Source: Patescibacteria group bacterium (GTDB taxonomy: Bacteria; Patescibacteriota; Patescibacteriia; Patescibacteriales; UBA12465). Taken from it: 64,000 bases of DNA. Location: assembly GCA_049318005.1 (NCBI GenBank), contig JBMOHE010000002.1, positions 13,824 through 77,823 on the forward strand, written 5' to 3'. A model generated the notes under the pieces. That model was not told the origin of the DNA, did no database searches, and worked only from the letters and a program-made list of their open reading frames with translations. Position numbers and translations under genes: made by a program. Shown piece after piece: positions 50,737 to 61,971 of this stretch (position 1 is its first letter; the number at the start of each line of letters is the position of its first letter).

Positions 50737-50798
50737 CATTATAATAAGCTTAAAATACGCATCTAAAAACCTAATTTTAAGGTCATATTTCTATATTA

Positions 50799-50827
50799 TT
50801 GACATTTTAGTATAAATATGTTATAAT
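50799..50827 (+). promoter_or_regulatory. Perfect consensus sigma-70 promoter
   Basis: TTGACA-17 nt-TATAAT, 50 nt upstream of ATG 50878. Confidence 0.7.
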
Positions 50828-50877
50828 TATCTTAGTTAATTAACATTAATAATCAATCTAAAAACCCATAATAGATA

Positions 50878-51186
50878 ATGGAACAATCAATAAGCATTAT
50901 TCTTGCAATTTTACTCCTTGTGTTTATCTTCAGCCCTGGTAAGAATACCAGCAAGCACCTTAAGGGAATTAAACTTCCCTCCTGGGCCAAACGCTTAAAA
51001 TCATCTGATAGATGGACAATCAGCGGACGCGAAATATTCGCACGTCTTCGCCTGGTAAAATGGTTCCTGCTCGCAATCCTTAAATTAGCGCTCATTAGTC
51101 TTTCTTTGACTATTGCTCTTTTAAAGGTTTCATTGTCGGCAGCGATAAATCTCATGCCGGGAGTAAAAAAAGTTGCTAAACCATAG
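50878..51186 (+). CDS. Small membrane protein (102 aa), hypothetical
   Basis: Preferred over the antisense 116-aa ORF: consensus promoter upstream, terminator just downstream, hydrophobic N-terminal helix. Confidence 0.45.
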   Translation: MEQSISIILAILLLVFIFSPGKNTSKHLKGIKLPSWAKRLKSSDRWTISGREIFARLRLVKWFLLAILKLALISLSLTIALLKVSLSAAINLMPGVKKVAKP

Positions 51187-51201
51187 TGACTAGCACAAAA
51201 C

Positions 51202-51230
51202 AAAAAACTGCCTTAAAAAAGCAGTTTTTT
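51202..51230. terminator. Bidirectional terminator (ends rpoD on minus, the small ORF on plus)
   Basis: AAAAAACTGC-CTTAAAAAA-GCAGTTTTTT. Confidence 0.7.
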
Positions 51231-51253
51231 CATATCTAAAATATATTTCTTTC

Positions 51254-52618
51254 TTAGTAATCTCTTAACTTCTCAAGCCCCTTAAACTTTCTAATTTTTT
51301 CTAAAGCCTTAGACTCAATCTGACGAATACGTTCACGAGTAACTTCAAACTCCTGACCAACTTCTTCTAAAGTATGCGCAACACCGTCAACTAAACCAAA
51401 ACGCATTTCTAAAATCTTTTGTTCACGAGGCGAAAGTTGAGCAACAATGTTTTTTACATAATCTTTTAATAACTGAAGAGCGGCGGCGTGATCCGGAGTA
51501 ACGTTCTTAACGTCCTCAATAAAATCTTCTAGAGTTGAATCTTCCTCATCGTCTCCAATAGTAGTTTCAAGAGAAATCGTGTCTTGAGAAATTTTCATAA
51601 TGTATCTAACCTTCTCAATTTCCTCTCCCATCTCAGCGGCAATTTCATCGGCTAGCGGTTCTCTTCCTAATTCTTGAATTAAATTTCTCTGCACCTGTTG
51701 GAATTTATTGATTGTTTCAACCATATGAACAGGAATGCGAATTGTTCGAGATTGATCAGCGAGCGCACGAGTAATCGCCTGACGAATCCACCAAGTAGCA
51801 TAGGTTGAAAATTTATAACCTTTTCTATATTCAAATTTTTCTACCGCACGGAATAAGCCAATATTTCCTTCTTGAATTAAATCTAGAAGACTCATGCCTT
51901 TGGCGCCAGCAAATTTTTTAGCAATAGAAACAACTAAACGTAAATTAGCTTCAATAATTCTCTTCTCTGCTTCCTTATCACCTTTTTCTTTTCTCTTCGC
52001 AAGTTCTACTTCCTCTTCGCCAGTTAAAAGCGCGACTTTACCAATCTCCTTCAAATACATCTGGATTGAGTCAGCGCTTAATTTTGATAAATCGATATTC
52101 ATCGCGTTATGGTGAGCTAAAGCTTTTCCAGTTAGCGGCGGTTCATTGGCTTTCTTTTCGGCCATATCTAAAATTCTTCCTGAATCTTCGGCAATTCTAA
52201 TTCCATTTCTCTGAAGATCACCAAGGAAAACATCATAATCATAAACATATTCTTCAACTTCCGGAAATAAATATAAAAGCTCAGTTTCAGTTATGAAACC
52301 ACGTAAACGTCCTTTATCTATTAAACGCTTCATCGATTCTTCTGATGGTTTAGCAACTGGCTTAGCCTCTCTTTCTTGATGTTTAACCAGCTTAATAGTT
52401 GGCTTATGCGCTTTTTTTGGCGCCACCTTTTTAACAGTTTTTTTAGCAACCGGACTTTTCTTCTTTTCAATCTTTTTGATTACTTTTTTGACTGTTTTTT
52501 TAGCAACTGGAGCCTGCTTCTTCGGCGTGGGTTTTTTAATAACTTTCTTGGCCACAGTTTTAGAATTGGTCATTTTTTTTACAGATTTTATAATTTTTTT
52601 TGGCTTTTTTTTTGCCAT
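51254..52618 (-). CDS. rpoD: RNA polymerase sigma factor RpoD with Lys-rich repetitive N-terminus
   Basis: Region 2 [40 protein letters not shown]; region 4 [20 protein letters not shown]; N-terminal VAKKTVKKV repeats. Confidence 0.95.
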   Translation of the reverse strand: MAKKKPKKIIKSVKKMTNSKTVAKKVIKKPTPKKQAPVAKKTVKKVIKKIEKKKSPVAKKTVKKVAPKKAHKPTIKLVKHQEREAKPVAKPSEESMKRLIDKGRLRGFITETELLYLFPEVEEYVYDYDVFLGDLQRNGIRIAEDSGRILDMAEKKANEPPLTGKALAHHNAMNIDLSKLSADSIQMYLKEIGKVALLTGEEEVELAKRKEKGDKEAEKRIIEANLRLVVSIAKKFAGAKGMSLLDLIQEGNIGLFRAVEKFEYRKGYKFSTYATWWIRQAITRALADQSRTIRIPVHMVETINKFQQVQRNLIQELGREPLADEIAAEMGEEIEKVRYIMKISQDTISLETTIGDDEEDSTLEDFIEDVKNVTPDHAAALQLLKDYVKNIVAQLSPREQKILEMRFGLVDGVAHTLEEVGQEFEVTRERIRQIESKALEKIRKFKGLEKLRDY

Positions 52619-52625
52619 ATAAATT

Positions 52626-54452
52626 TTAACCTAAATTAATCATTTTTATTTGATCCATCAAACTTTTTAACTCTTGCATTAATATTTCTAAATCTTCTTG
52701 ACGCCCATCTTTCTCCGCATTCATTATCGTCTTCTCTAATTTTTTTATTTTCTTCTGCAAACCATATTTCTTTAACTCAACAATAATCTTAATTATTTCT
52801 GATTTAGCCGCCATGGCATCGAAATCATAAAAATCTTTTTCTCCTAAAAGAATAAGCTTATCTAATAGCTTTTCAGCCTCTTCTCCTTGATCCTCTAAAT
52901 ATACTCTAAATTCACCATAATCTAAAGAGGCAGTCTTATTATAGTAGATTATTAGGCTCTTGTAAATTCTAATATCCTCTTCTCCGTTTAAAAAATCCGG
53001 CTCTAAGTTGCTTAAAGTATATCCAATAAAGTCGGGAAATTTAACGATTAGGGCTAGTAATAATTCCGATAAACGCTCTTCTCTTGTTCTATACTCGGTC
53101 CTAACGTCTGGTTTTTTTTCTGTTTTTAAAACACTAGGCTTTTGCTTATTTACCCAGTCCTTAAACTCGTTTCGCATGTCCTCCTCGGAGAATCCAAGCT
53201 CTTCGCTAATCTTTTTTAAATAGAATCCTTGCTCGGTCTGATTTTTAACTAAATCAATCATGATAAACATTTGATCACGTATCTTAGTTTTATTATCAAA
53301 TTTTTCTAAATCTAAATTAGCACTTATTTTTTCAAAATAATATTCAAGCATCGGTTTGGCGTCCGTAACTGCTTGCTTAAAATCGTCGGGATTATTACGC
53401 AAACATTCATCCGGATCTTTTCCATTAGGAAGCACAATAATTTTTAAACTTAGCTCTTGAGCCAATACTTCTCTTATCCCTCTATCAGCTGCCATTTGAC
53501 CGGCATTATCCATATCAAAAGATAAGGCAACGTTACTAGTAAATCTTTTTATTAAAGTAACTTGCTCAGTTGTTAAGGCTGTTCCTGATGAGGCAACTAC
53601 GTTCTGAAAGCCGTGCTGATGGCAAGAAATGGCATCCATTTGCCCTTCTACGACAATTGCGAGATCTTCCTTCCTAATAGCATTTTTAGCCTTATTTAAT
53701 GCAAATAGGACCCGGCTTTTATCATAAACTTCAGTCTGGGGACTATTAATATACTTGCCCATTTTTTCCGTCAGTTCCTTCTCTGGATTAATACGCGCCG
53801 TGAAAGCAATTAAGTTATTATTTACATCCCAAATTGGAAACATTATTCGATCACGGAATCTATCATAGTAACTTCTTGAGCCTGTTACCGCTCGGTCTTT
53901 CTTAATAATTAAACCTGCGGCTAATATTTCATCGTCCGTATACTTTTTTCCAGTTAAAGGACGGGCTTTTAAAAAACTATATAAACTATCCCAGGAATCA
54001 GGGCTATAACCAAGACTCCATTCACTAATCGTATTTTCTTTTAACTCACGCTTGGCCAAGTAATCTTTAGCAACTTTTCCAGTCGCATTATTTAAAACAT
54101 GCGCATAATATTTTCCAGCTATTTCAAGGATATCAAGTAGGCGATTACGCTTCGAATAATTATCGGGATTTTCATATTGAAGGGTTACCCCAGCCTTTGG
54201 GGCAAGTAATCTCAAGGTCTCCATAAAACCCAATGACTCTTTTTCCATTACAAAAGCTAAAACGTCTCCCCCGCGGCCACAACCGAAACAATGCCAAATC
54301 TGTTTATCTGGCGAAATCACAAAAGACGGTGACTTCTCATTATGAAAAGGACAAAGAGCTTGAAAGTTAGCGCCCACAGCTTTAACCGGAGTGTATTCAC
54401 GAATCACCTCCACGATATCGAGTTTAGATTTTATTTCTTCCGCTTGTCCCAT
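52626..54452 (-). CDS. dnaG: DNA primase
   Basis: Zinc finger [30 protein letters not shown]; TOPRIM VVEGQMD. Confidence 0.95.
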   Translation of the reverse strand: MGQAEEIKSKLDIVEVIREYTPVKAVGANFQALCPFHNEKSPSFVISPDKQIWHCFGCGRGGDVLAFVMEKESLGFMETLRLLAPKAGVTLQYENPDNYSKRNRLLDILEIAGKYYAHVLNNATGKVAKDYLAKRELKENTISEWSLGYSPDSWDSLYSFLKARPLTGKKYTDDEILAAGLIIKKDRAVTGSRSYYDRFRDRIMFPIWDVNNNLIAFTARINPEKELTEKMGKYINSPQTEVYDKSRVLFALNKAKNAIRKEDLAIVVEGQMDAISCHQHGFQNVVASSGTALTTEQVTLIKRFTSNVALSFDMDNAGQMAADRGIREVLAQELSLKIIVLPNGKDPDECLRNNPDDFKQAVTDAKPMLEYYFEKISANLDLEKFDNKTKIRDQMFIMIDLVKNQTEQGFYLKKISEELGFSEEDMRNEFKDWVNKQKPSVLKTEKKPDVRTEYRTREERLSELLLALIVKFPDFIGYTLSNLEPDFLNGEEDIRIYKSLIIYYNKTASLDYGEFRVYLEDQGEEAEKLLDKLILLGEKDFYDFDAMAAKSEIIKIIVELKKYGLQKKIKKLEKTIMNAEKDGRQEDLEILMQELKSLMDQIKMINLG

Positions 54453-54469
54453 ATTTAAATTTTATAAAT

Positions 54470-54799
54470 TTAAAGTAAAAAATCCGGTAATAATAAACTT
54501 TTTAAACGATCAATTTCTCCTTCAACCAAATCTCCATCATATTCCGCATTATGACGATTTTGCCCGGCGTATCCCGGACGCTTCTGATCAAGATGTAAAT
54601 TAAAGGTTACAATTTCATCCCCAGTCGTCGTCTTCTGTGAAGTAAAGTAAATATGAAAACGCGGATAAAAATCACGCGACATGCGACGCGCAAAACTTGC
54701 TTGACCGTCTTCGCGTTCAGGAATAAAAGTATAGCCTGCCGATCTAAGCCAAATCTCCGGCGCTTGCGATAGAAGTTTTTTGTTCGTTATTAATTTCAT
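54470..54799 (-). CDS. Hypothetical protein (109 aa)
   Basis: ORF between the gtrA-like gene and dnaG; 56-nt overlap with the upstream ORF, so one boundary may be wrong. Confidence 0.45.
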   Translation of the reverse strand: MKLITNKKLLSQAPEIWLRSAGYTFIPEREDGQASFARRMSRDFYPRFHIYFTSQKTTTGDEIVTFNLHLDQKRPGYAGQNRHNAEYDGDLVEGEIDRLKSLLLPDFLL

Positions 54800-55289
54800 G
54801 TTTGACGTTTTTAAAGACTACTAAGCGATAAATAAAAAAATTATATATTCCAATCACTACATTAACTATAACTTGGGATAAAAGATACCAAATATTTAAT
54901 TCAACTACCAGGGTGTGCATGAAAATTCCATTTAAATTCAAAGTTACAAATGCATTAAGCATGTAGAGTGCAAACTGGCGCGCGGTTTTATTATTATTAA
55001 AATTCCTAAAAGTCCAAAATTTCTGAAGATTAAAACTAACTATAAATGATAGAATAAAGGCAAGACTAGTCGATACAACAATCCCCCAATGAAATAAACT
55101 ATGGAAAATATAAAGAAAAACTAAATCGGTCGTACTCGCTACGCAACCCGCGAAAAAAAATTTAATAACCGATTTACGATTATCACAAAAACAATATAAT
55201 TTTGGGTGCTGACAAGATAAAAAATTTCTGAATTTAAAATATAATCTATTTATATGGGGCATAAAAAATAAAATGCTTAAGGACGCCAA
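54744..55289 (-). CDS. GtrA-family membrane protein (start possibly at M10, 55262)
   Basis: Four TM helices, IKFFFAGCVASTTDLVFLYIF GtrA-like first helix. Confidence 0.7.
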   Translation of the reverse strand: MASLSILFFMPHINRLYFKFRNFLSCQHPKLYCFCDNRKSVIKFFFAGCVASTTDLVFLYIFHSLFHWGIVVSTSLAFILSFIVSFNLQKFWTFRNFNNNKTARQFALYMLNAFVTLNLNGIFMHTLVVELNIWYLLSQVIVNVVIGIYNFFIYRLVVFKNVKHEINNEQKTSIASAGDLA

Positions 55290-56146
55290 TCATAATTATT
55301 AAAAACCCAGTTAACTAAACTCTTACTTTCTTTAAAACGCTCGTTTTTTCCACTACTATTTAAAACAACTGAAATTATCTCACGTCCATTACCATCTTTA
55401 AATCTTCCCACGAAGCAATAGCCCGCCTTATCTGTATATCCAGTCTTCCCCCCTAAAACGGAAAAATTGTTTTTTTCTGAATCAAATAATAAGTTATCGG
55501 TTGATTCAATTTTTTTTTCTCTTCCATTTAGAGTCTTAAAATTATACTCCTTAGTTTCGGTTGCCTCTCTGATTTCTTTTTTTGATAGTGCTTCTTTCGC
55601 TAGTAAAGCAACTTCCTTGGCGCTAGAAATATTATTATCGCTAAGACCAACCGTATCGACAAAACTTGTTTTTTTAAGACCAAGCGCGAACGCTTTCTCA
55701 TTCATTTTTTTTATAAAATCATCTTCACTTAATCCACTTGAATGAACCAGCGCGAGAGTTGCTCCATTATCAGAGGCGATTAGGCTTGTCTTAAATATAT
55801 CTTTGATTTTTAACTCTTCCCCAATAAATAAGTTCAATCGTCCACCCTCGACACTATCTTTATCAGTAATTGTATAATTTGTTTCCCAACCAGGATTATT
55901 TTCTAGAAAAACTAGGGCGGTCATTAACTTACTTATACTAGCAATTGGCTGAACGAGATCAGAATTTTTACTGTAAAAAAACACCCTATCATTAACTGAT
56001 AATACCGCCCCCTTGTCTGCACTTAAAGTAAATTCTGGAGCAGCCGGATTAAGCTTAATTATTTTAAAATCATTATTAACTAGAACGTTACCATTTGATT
56101 GTAATAAAATTAAACTTAAAATTAAATTTGAAAACCAATGCCACAT
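55277..56146 (-). CDS. D-alanyl-D-alanine carboxypeptidase (S11 penicillin-binding protein)
   Basis: SxxK ASISKLMT, SxN IASDNGA, KTG GGKTGYT. Confidence 0.9.
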   Translation of the reverse strand: MWHWFSNLILSLILLQSNGNVLVNNDFKIIKLNPAAPEFTLSADKGAVLSVNDRVFFYSKNSDLVQPIASISKLMTALVFLENNPGWETNYTITDKDSVEGGRLNLFIGEELKIKDIFKTSLIASDNGATLALVHSSGLSEDDFIKKMNEKAFALGLKKTSFVDTVGLSDNNISSAKEVALLAKEALSKKEIREATETKEYNFKTLNGREKKIESTDNLLFDSEKNNFSVLGGKTGYTDKAGYCFVGRFKDGNGREIISVVLNSSGKNERFKESKSLVNWVFNNYDWRP

Positions 56147-56157
56147 TTTATTTTAGT

Positions 56158-56712
56158 TTAATTCTTCTCAATTTCTAAGATCGTCTCTATTACTTCGTTA
56201 ACCTTCTCGTCAGCTCTAAGTTTTTTATATTCAGGCAAATCATCGACACTATTTATTCCTAAAAATCTGACAAAATCATGCGTTACTGTATAATAATTTT
56301 CTTCTTTACTCTTCTCAAATTTTTCTTCAATTAAACCGCGTAATAATAAATTTCTTAAAATCAAACTACAGTTAACGCCTCTGATTTTTTCAAGCTCTAA
56401 CTTCCCAATTGGGCCACGATAAGCAATAATAGTTAGCGCTTCTAAACTTGGCTGAGATAATTCGCCACTTGTTTCGTCTTTTAAAAATTCTTGAATAATT
56501 GCAGCGTTAGCAGGAGAACTTGTTAACTGATATTGATTATTATTTTTTATTAAACTCAAACCCCTTTCTTCCCCAGAATAATCTTTCTCAAGATCAGCTA
56601 AAGCTTCTTCGACTTCCTTATTTTTCGTATTGGTAAAAGCGGCCAGTTCTTTTATGGCTAGTGGTTTAATAGCAACAAATAATAGAGACTCTAGTTGTGA
56701 TTTTAAGGACAT
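56158..56712 (-). CDS. scpB: Segregation and condensation protein B
   Basis: LESLLFVAIKPL N-terminal motif, two wHTH repeats; follows scpA. Confidence 0.88.
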   Translation of the reverse strand: MSLKSQLESLLFVAIKPLAIKELAAFTNTKNKEVEEALADLEKDYSGEERGLSLIKNNNQYQLTSSPANAAIIQEFLKDETSGELSQPSLEALTIIAYRGPIGKLELEKIRGVNCSLILRNLLLRGLIEEKFEKSKEENYYTVTHDFVRFLGINSVDDLPEYKKLRADEKVNEVIETILEIEKN

Positions 56713-56733
56713 ATTTTAATTTTAATTTTTATT

Positions 56734-57468
56734 TTAATTTTCAATCTGCTCCTCAAAGCGGGTGATATTTATTTCTCCAAATAGCTCATCTTGTTCAAAG
56801 TTTAACTCTTTTTGTTTGGCTAACTCGAGCACCGCTAAGAAACTAACTATTACCTCAGTTTTATTCTCAGCCGCCGCAAGCAATTTAGAAAAGTTTATTT
56901 TTATTTTATCAAGCAACATTCTTTTTATTGATAAAATTCTATCTTCAATATTTATTTTAGGTTCAAGATGCTCTTCTGGTAATTTTTCTTCCTGCTGTTT
57001 TTCTAGAACGGTTAAAAGTTTAATTAAAACTTCATGTAAAATCTCTGGACTGACTTTTGTCGGAGCGGTAAAAACCGGAAGATTAAATTGATGACGGCGA
57101 TTTTTAATTAATGGTGGTAAAAATAGGAAATTTTTATTTAAAATAGTTTCTTTTATTTTTTGACTAGCCGTAACAAACTCTTTATACATTCTAAGTTGCC
57201 TCTCTAAATCCTCAACTTCAACTTCATCTTCTTTGGTATATAAATAAGGTAAAAGAGCTTTTGATTTAATCAACAATAGCTTCGCAGCCACGACCAGAAA
57301 ATCAGCCATCTCATCAGGATCAATATCTTCAGCTGAGCGGATATAATTAACATACTCATCAGCAATTTTTGCCAAAGCAATTTCCGTTATATCCATTTCC
57401 TCACTCTCAATCATGCTTAAAAGCAAGCCGAGCGGTCCAGAAAATTTTTCAGTCGTAAAATCCATCAT
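56734..57468 (-). CDS. scpA: Segregation and condensation protein A
   Basis: FSGPLGLLLSMIESEEMDITEIALAKIADEY kleisin N-terminus; C-terminal VSFLAVLELAK. Confidence 0.9.
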   Translation of the reverse strand: MMDFTTEKFSGPLGLLLSMIESEEMDITEIALAKIADEYVNYIRSAEDIDPDEMADFLVVAAKLLLIKSKALLPYLYTKEDEVEVEDLERQLRMYKEFVTASQKIKETILNKNFLFLPPLIKNRRHQFNLPVFTAPTKVSPEILHEVLIKLLTVLEKQQEEKLPEEHLEPKINIEDRILSIKRMLLDKIKINFSKLLAAAENKTEVIVSFLAVLELAKQKELNFEQDELFGEINITRFEEQIEN

Positions 57469-57470
57469 AA

Positions 57471-58427
57471 CTAGTTAACTATTGTAGTAGTGGCTGGCTC
57501 TGCCTTAATAACTGACCAAAGATTTCCTGGTACACATTGATAACCAGCGGCATGATTTTTATCGCCAGGAGAAGACGGATAGACCTGATAAGGAGTAGCA
57601 ACATCGCGACCACTTGAATCTTTTCGGCTATCGGTTCTAAAAGTTGCGCAGAATTTAAATTCAGTCTCACTTACTTTTTGATAAACGATCGCTTGTTTTG
57701 TTTCTGGGTCAACTAAGGAAAAATTATCTAAATAAAAATTCTTCCCCGTCTTAAGGGCTTCTAAATTATCTGGTAACTTTTTATAGCTTTCATAATAACT
57801 ATTAACTGAATTTTCTAGATTAGAAATATTGTTAATAACTTTTTCATCAAGTAGACGATTTCTCGCATTTTTAGGAGATTCAACAAAAAAGAAAGCAGCA
57901 ATAAAAGCAGCCACTACTAAGGCTAAAGATATAATAAAGAAAAGACGAATTACTAAATCTTTTTTAATTAAATCCTCTCTCTTAATATCATAAAAATAGA
58001 AAGAAAAAGAACTAGCTGAGATTATAAAAACAGTCAGCGCTTTTAAAATAAAGCGGCTAGTAAGTTCACCGGATAAAAAATTATTTATAACGCTAATTAA
58101 AGTACCAAGAATAATAACTGAGGAAACTAGAAGAATAAAATAAGTTAACCAGCGACGAACACCAGAATCTTTCTCCAAATCGCCTTTTTTAAGACCTCTT
58201 AAAATTAAACTGGAAAGAAAATAAAAAATAGGAGTAGCAATAATTAAGGCTGAAATTGCAAATTTTAACTGGCCATCATAATTTCCATAATAAATATACA
58301 AAGCATCAGGAACGGTTTTATCAATTATGCTATAAACAATCATCCCAACTGAAATTGAAACAAAAATCAAGGCAACTAGTGACAACAAGTAGTAGAAGGC
58401 GTATTTGGCGTTTTGTTTATTATTCAT
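57471..58427 (-). CDS. Polytopic membrane protein with extracytoplasmic C-terminal domain (DUF5671-like); start moved to M32
   Basis: MNNKQNAKYAFYYLLSL then about 6 TM helices; the 31 upstream track codons run through the 58471-58589 hairpin. Confidence 0.6.
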   Translation of the reverse strand: MNNKQNAKYAFYYLLSLVALIFVSISVGMIVYSIIDKTVPDALYIYYGNYDGQLKFAISALIIATPIFYFLSSLILRGLKKGDLEKDSGVRRWLTYFILLVSSVIILGTLISVINNFLSGELTSRFILKALTVFIISASSFSFYFYDIKREDLIKKDLVIRLFFIISLALVVAAFIAAFFFVESPKNARNRLLDEKVINNISNLENSVNSYYESYKKLPDNLEALKTGKNFYLDNFSLVDPETKQAIVYQKVSETEFKFCATFRTDSRKDSSGRDVATPYQVYPSSPGDKNHAAGYQCVPGNLWSVIKAEPATTTIVN

Positions 58428-58470
58428 ATATTTTTTGTTATATGTTGATTTTAATTTATTTAATATAATG

Positions 58471-58589
58471 TTTAATTGCTCTGGATATGTTTTCGAAGCG
58501 CATATGATTTCGTACCGCAAAAACGAACGTCAGTGAGTTTTTGCCCCAGAAATCATCTAAGCGCAGAAAATAAATCCAGAGCAATTAAA
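58471..58589. other. 119-nt extended imperfect hairpin (16-bp perfect terminal inverted repeat)
   Basis: TTTAATTGCTCTGGAT (58471-58486) vs ATCCAGAGCAATTAAA (58574-58589); inner pairs GATTTC/GAAATC and GCAAAAAC/GTTTTTGC; 12-nt apical loop. Confidence 0.6.
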
Positions 58590-58612
58590 ATTCAATAGTT
58601 AAACTTCAATAA

Positions 58613-60004
58613 TTAAAACTCAGCATTCTTAGGCGTACGTGGAAAAGGAATAACATCACGAATATTGGCCATGCCAGAAAAATACATAATCAATCTTTCA
58701 AAACCAAGCCCAAAGCCAGCATGCTTAACTGATCCAAAGCGACGTAAATCTAAATACCAGTCATAATCTTCTTGAGACAAACCAAGTTCTTCCATTCTTT
58801 TAATTAAAACTTCTAAACGTTCCTCTCTCTGACTACCGCCAATAATTTCACCAATTCCAGGAACAAGTAAATCAACAGCCGCTACAGTTTTATTATCATC
58901 ATTAAGGCGCATGTAAAAAGCTTTAATTTCTTTTGGATAGTCAGTTAAAAAAACTGGACCACCTACGACCTCTTCACAAAGATAACGTTCATGTTCAGTT
59001 TGCAAATCAATCCCCCAAGAAACCGGATATTCAAATTTCTTCCCACTCTTTTCTAAAATATCTATTCCCTCCGTATAAGTCATGCGACGGAAATCAGAGT
59101 TAGCAATTTTATTTAATCTTTCAAGTAAAGTGTTATCAATAAATTTATCAAAGAATTCCATCTCTTCAGGAATTTCTTTTAAGACATAATTAATTAAATA
59201 TTTAATCATTTTTTCTTCCATATCCATATCATCATTAATATCGGCGAAAGCCATTTCTGGTTCCATCATCCAAAATTCAGAAGCGTGACGAGTTGTGTAA
59301 GAATTTTCAGCTCTAAAAGTTGGGCCGAATGTATAAACCTTATCAAGGCCCATAACTAATGCTTCAGCATTTAATTGACCACTAACAGTTAAACCCGCTT
59401 TTTTACCAAAAAAATCTTCTTTGTAATCAATTTCTCCTTTATCATCAGTCTTTGGTTTTTTCAAATCAAGAGTAGTTACTTGAAACATTTCGCCCGCTCC
59501 TTCAGCATCGCTAGTTGAAATTATTGGTGTATGAATATAAGAAAAACCTTGTTCTTGAAAAAACTTATGAATCGCATAGCTAAGAGTTGAACGAAGACGA
59601 AAAACCGCTGAAAAAGTATTGCTTCGTCCACGTAAATGAGCGATGGTTCTTAGAAATTCAAAACTATGTTTCTTTTTCTGAAGAGGATAATTTTCTGGGG
59701 CTAAACTAATAATAGTAATTTTGGTTGCTTTAAGTTCAAAAGCCTGACCAGCGGCCGGCGATTCAACTAAATCACCTTCAATTTCAAGTGAAGAACCAAC
59801 ACTAACTTTTTCTACTTCAGAGAAATTATTTAAATTATTATCAAATACGATTTGCAATCCCTTAAAGAAAGAACCATCATTTAATTCAATAAAACCAAAT
59901 TCCTTTGAGCTTCTTGACGTTCTTACCCAACCAGAAACTAAAATATTTTTTCCTAAATATTTTTCTGTTTCACGATATAATGATTTGATTATAATTTTTG
60001 ACAT
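58613..60004 (-). CDS. asnS: Asparagine--tRNA ligase
   Basis: [69 protein letters not shown], close to remembered E. coli AsnS blocks. Confidence 0.95.
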   Translation of the reverse strand: MSKIIIKSLYRETEKYLGKNILVSGWVRTSRSSKEFGFIELNDGSFFKGLQIVFDNNLNNFSEVEKVSVGSSLEIEGDLVESPAAGQAFELKATKITIISLAPENYPLQKKKHSFEFLRTIAHLRGRSNTFSAVFRLRSTLSYAIHKFFQEQGFSYIHTPIISTSDAEGAGEMFQVTTLDLKKPKTDDKGEIDYKEDFFGKKAGLTVSGQLNAEALVMGLDKVYTFGPTFRAENSYTTRHASEFWMMEPEMAFADINDDMDMEEKMIKYLINYVLKEIPEEMEFFDKFIDNTLLERLNKIANSDFRRMTYTEGIDILEKSGKKFEYPVSWGIDLQTEHERYLCEEVVGGPVFLTDYPKEIKAFYMRLNDDNKTVAAVDLLVPGIGEIIGGSQREERLEVLIKRMEELGLSQEDYDWYLDLRRFGSVKHAGFGLGFERLIMYFSGMANIRDVIPFPRTPKNAEF

Positions 60005-60033
60005 ATGTTTATACCCGACGTAAAGGGTTTTAT

Positions 60034-61830
60034 TTATTTGTTTTTTACTTCTTTGATATTTATTGAGAGTTCATCAAGTTGATTAGGATAAACTTCGCTC
60101 GGACTATCCATCATTAAATCTTTTCCATTTCCATCTTTTGGAAAAGCATAAATATCGCGAATAGAATCCCAATCATTTAAAACCATCAGTATTCTGTCGA
60201 CGCCAGGCGCATTACCTCCATGAGGTGGGGCGCCATAAGAGAAAGCGTTAATCATTCCACCGAATCTATTATCGACTTCCTCACGACTATAACCAGCGAT
60301 CTTAAAAGCTTCATACATTATTTCTGGTTCATGATTACGAATAGCGCCGCTTGAAACTTCAAAGCCATTTAAAACTAAATCAAATTGAAAAGCTAAAATA
60401 TCAAGTGGATTTTTTTCTTGCAAAGATTTTAAACCACCTTGAGGCATGGAAAAAGGGTTGTGACCGAAATCAATTCTTCCCTCTTCGATATCTGAATAAT
60501 CATACATCGGGAAATCAACTACCCAGGCCCAAGCCGCTTTAGAATTATCCTTAAGACCTAAGCGTGTTGCTACTTCATTTCTAATAACGCCTAAGACATT
60601 ACAAGCTGTTCGCCAAACGTCAGCCGCAAAGAAAACAATATCGCCTTCTTTAACTTCACATTCTAGGGCTAAAGAATTTAATTTCTCTGGGCTTAAAAAT
60701 TTTGCAAATGGTGAATTCAAAGCTCCTTCTTTCATCGATAAATAAGCCAAGCCTTTAGCGCCACGTTTTTTTGCAATTTCGGTTAATTCATCAATTTCTT
60801 TACGAGTAAACTTTGCCCCGCCATCAATTTTCAAAGCATGGACAACGCCATTATTTTTAATTGCTTCTTCAAAAACACTAAAACCGCAATCAGCAACTAA
60901 ATCACTAACATTTTTAATTTCTAAATCAAATCGTAAGTCTGGCTTATCAACACCATATCTTTCCATTGATTCCTTCCAAGACAATCTTTTAAAGCGACCG
61001 GAATCTAAAAGTCCAACAATTTTCTTTTCACTAAATTTATCAGTTAAATTTTTTGCGAATGGTTCCATTAAAGCAAAGATATCTTCTTGATCAACAAAAC
61101 TCATTTCAATATCTAATTGATAAAATTCGCCATAGGCCCTATCCATACGTGGATCCTCATCTCTAAAGCATGGGGCAATTTGAAAATATTTATCAATCCC
61201 GCCCACCATTAATAATTGTTTGAATTGCTGAGGCGACTGAGGGAGAGCATAAAACTTACCTGGATATAAACGAGAAGGGACTAAAAAATCACGTGCCCCT
61301 TCAGGAGATGAATTGGCTAAAATAGGAGTCTGGACTTCAATAAAACCATTATCATGGAAATACTCCCTGCAATAAGTAAAAAACTTATCTTTAACGGCTA
61401 ACATTTTCTGAAGTTTAGGGCGTCGCAAATCTAAATAACGATATTTTAATCTTAAGGCTTCATTGGCCTCACCATTTTTATCTTCATTAAGCTCAAAAGG
61501 CATAACCTGAGCCTCACTTAAAACTTCAATACTTGAAATAATTATTTCAATTTCGCCAGTGGCTATTTTTTTATTCTGCATTTCCTGTGGTCTAGCTTCA
61601 ACATAACCTATAATTTTTACAACCCATTCGGAATGTAATTTTTCTGCAATCTCAGCCGCCTCTTTATTTGTAGTAGGATCAAGTTTGGCTTGAGTTATGC
61701 CATAGCGATCGCGCAAATCAATAAAAATCAAACCACCTAGATTACGCGCACTAGCCACCCAGCCAGACAAAGTTACAGTCTCGCCAACATGACCCGTATT
61801 TAATTCTCCGCAAGTATGAGTTCTTAACAT
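60034..61830 (-). CDS. aspS: Aspartate--tRNA ligase (bacterial type with insertion domain)
   Basis: [10 protein letters not shown] start, [11 protein letters not shown] motif 2, GGLAYGVDR-like [11 protein letters not shown] motif 3. Confidence 0.95.
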   Translation of the reverse strand: MLRTHTCGELNTGHVGETVTLSGWVASARNLGGLIFIDLRDRYGITQAKLDPTTNKEAAEIAEKLHSEWVVKIIGYVEARPQEMQNKKIATGEIEIIISSIEVLSEAQVMPFELNEDKNGEANEALRLKYRYLDLRRPKLQKMLAVKDKFFTYCREYFHDNGFIEVQTPILANSSPEGARDFLVPSRLYPGKFYALPQSPQQFKQLLMVGGIDKYFQIAPCFRDEDPRMDRAYGEFYQLDIEMSFVDQEDIFALMEPFAKNLTDKFSEKKIVGLLDSGRFKRLSWKESMERYGVDKPDLRFDLEIKNVSDLVADCGFSVFEEAIKNNGVVHALKIDGGAKFTRKEIDELTEIAKKRGAKGLAYLSMKEGALNSPFAKFLSPEKLNSLALECEVKEGDIVFFAADVWRTACNVLGVIRNEVATRLGLKDNSKAAWAWVVDFPMYDYSDIEEGRIDFGHNPFSMPQGGLKSLQEKNPLDILAFQFDLVLNGFEVSSGAIRNHEPEIMYEAFKIAGYSREEVDNRFGGMINAFSYGAPPHGGNAPGVDRILMVLNDWDSIRDIYAFPKDGNGKDLMMDSPSEVYPNQLDELSINIKEVKNK

Positions 61831-61918
61831 AAAAAATTAAACGAAATTTGTCGTTTTTTATCTTAAATTATATATATTCAACTACCTAAATTTTAACTTA
61901 TTTTAGGCGTCTTAGCAA

Positions 61919-61949
61919 GAAAAAACGACCCCAATTTGAGGCCGTTTTT
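61919..61949. terminator. Terminator hairpin after recO
   Basis: AAAAAACGACC-CCAATTTGA-GGCCGTTTTT (6 of 7 bp) with flanking A/T runs. Confidence 0.5.
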
Positions 61950-61971
61950 ACTTAGAATACTAGAAAATATG

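Noticed and set aside
50853-51203. 116-aa minus-strand ORF antisense to the 102-aa plus-strand ORF
   Set aside because: The plus-strand ORF has a perfect TTGACA-17-TATAAT promoter and a terminator, and is membrane-like. The minus ORF has odd composition and would run into the rpoD terminator.
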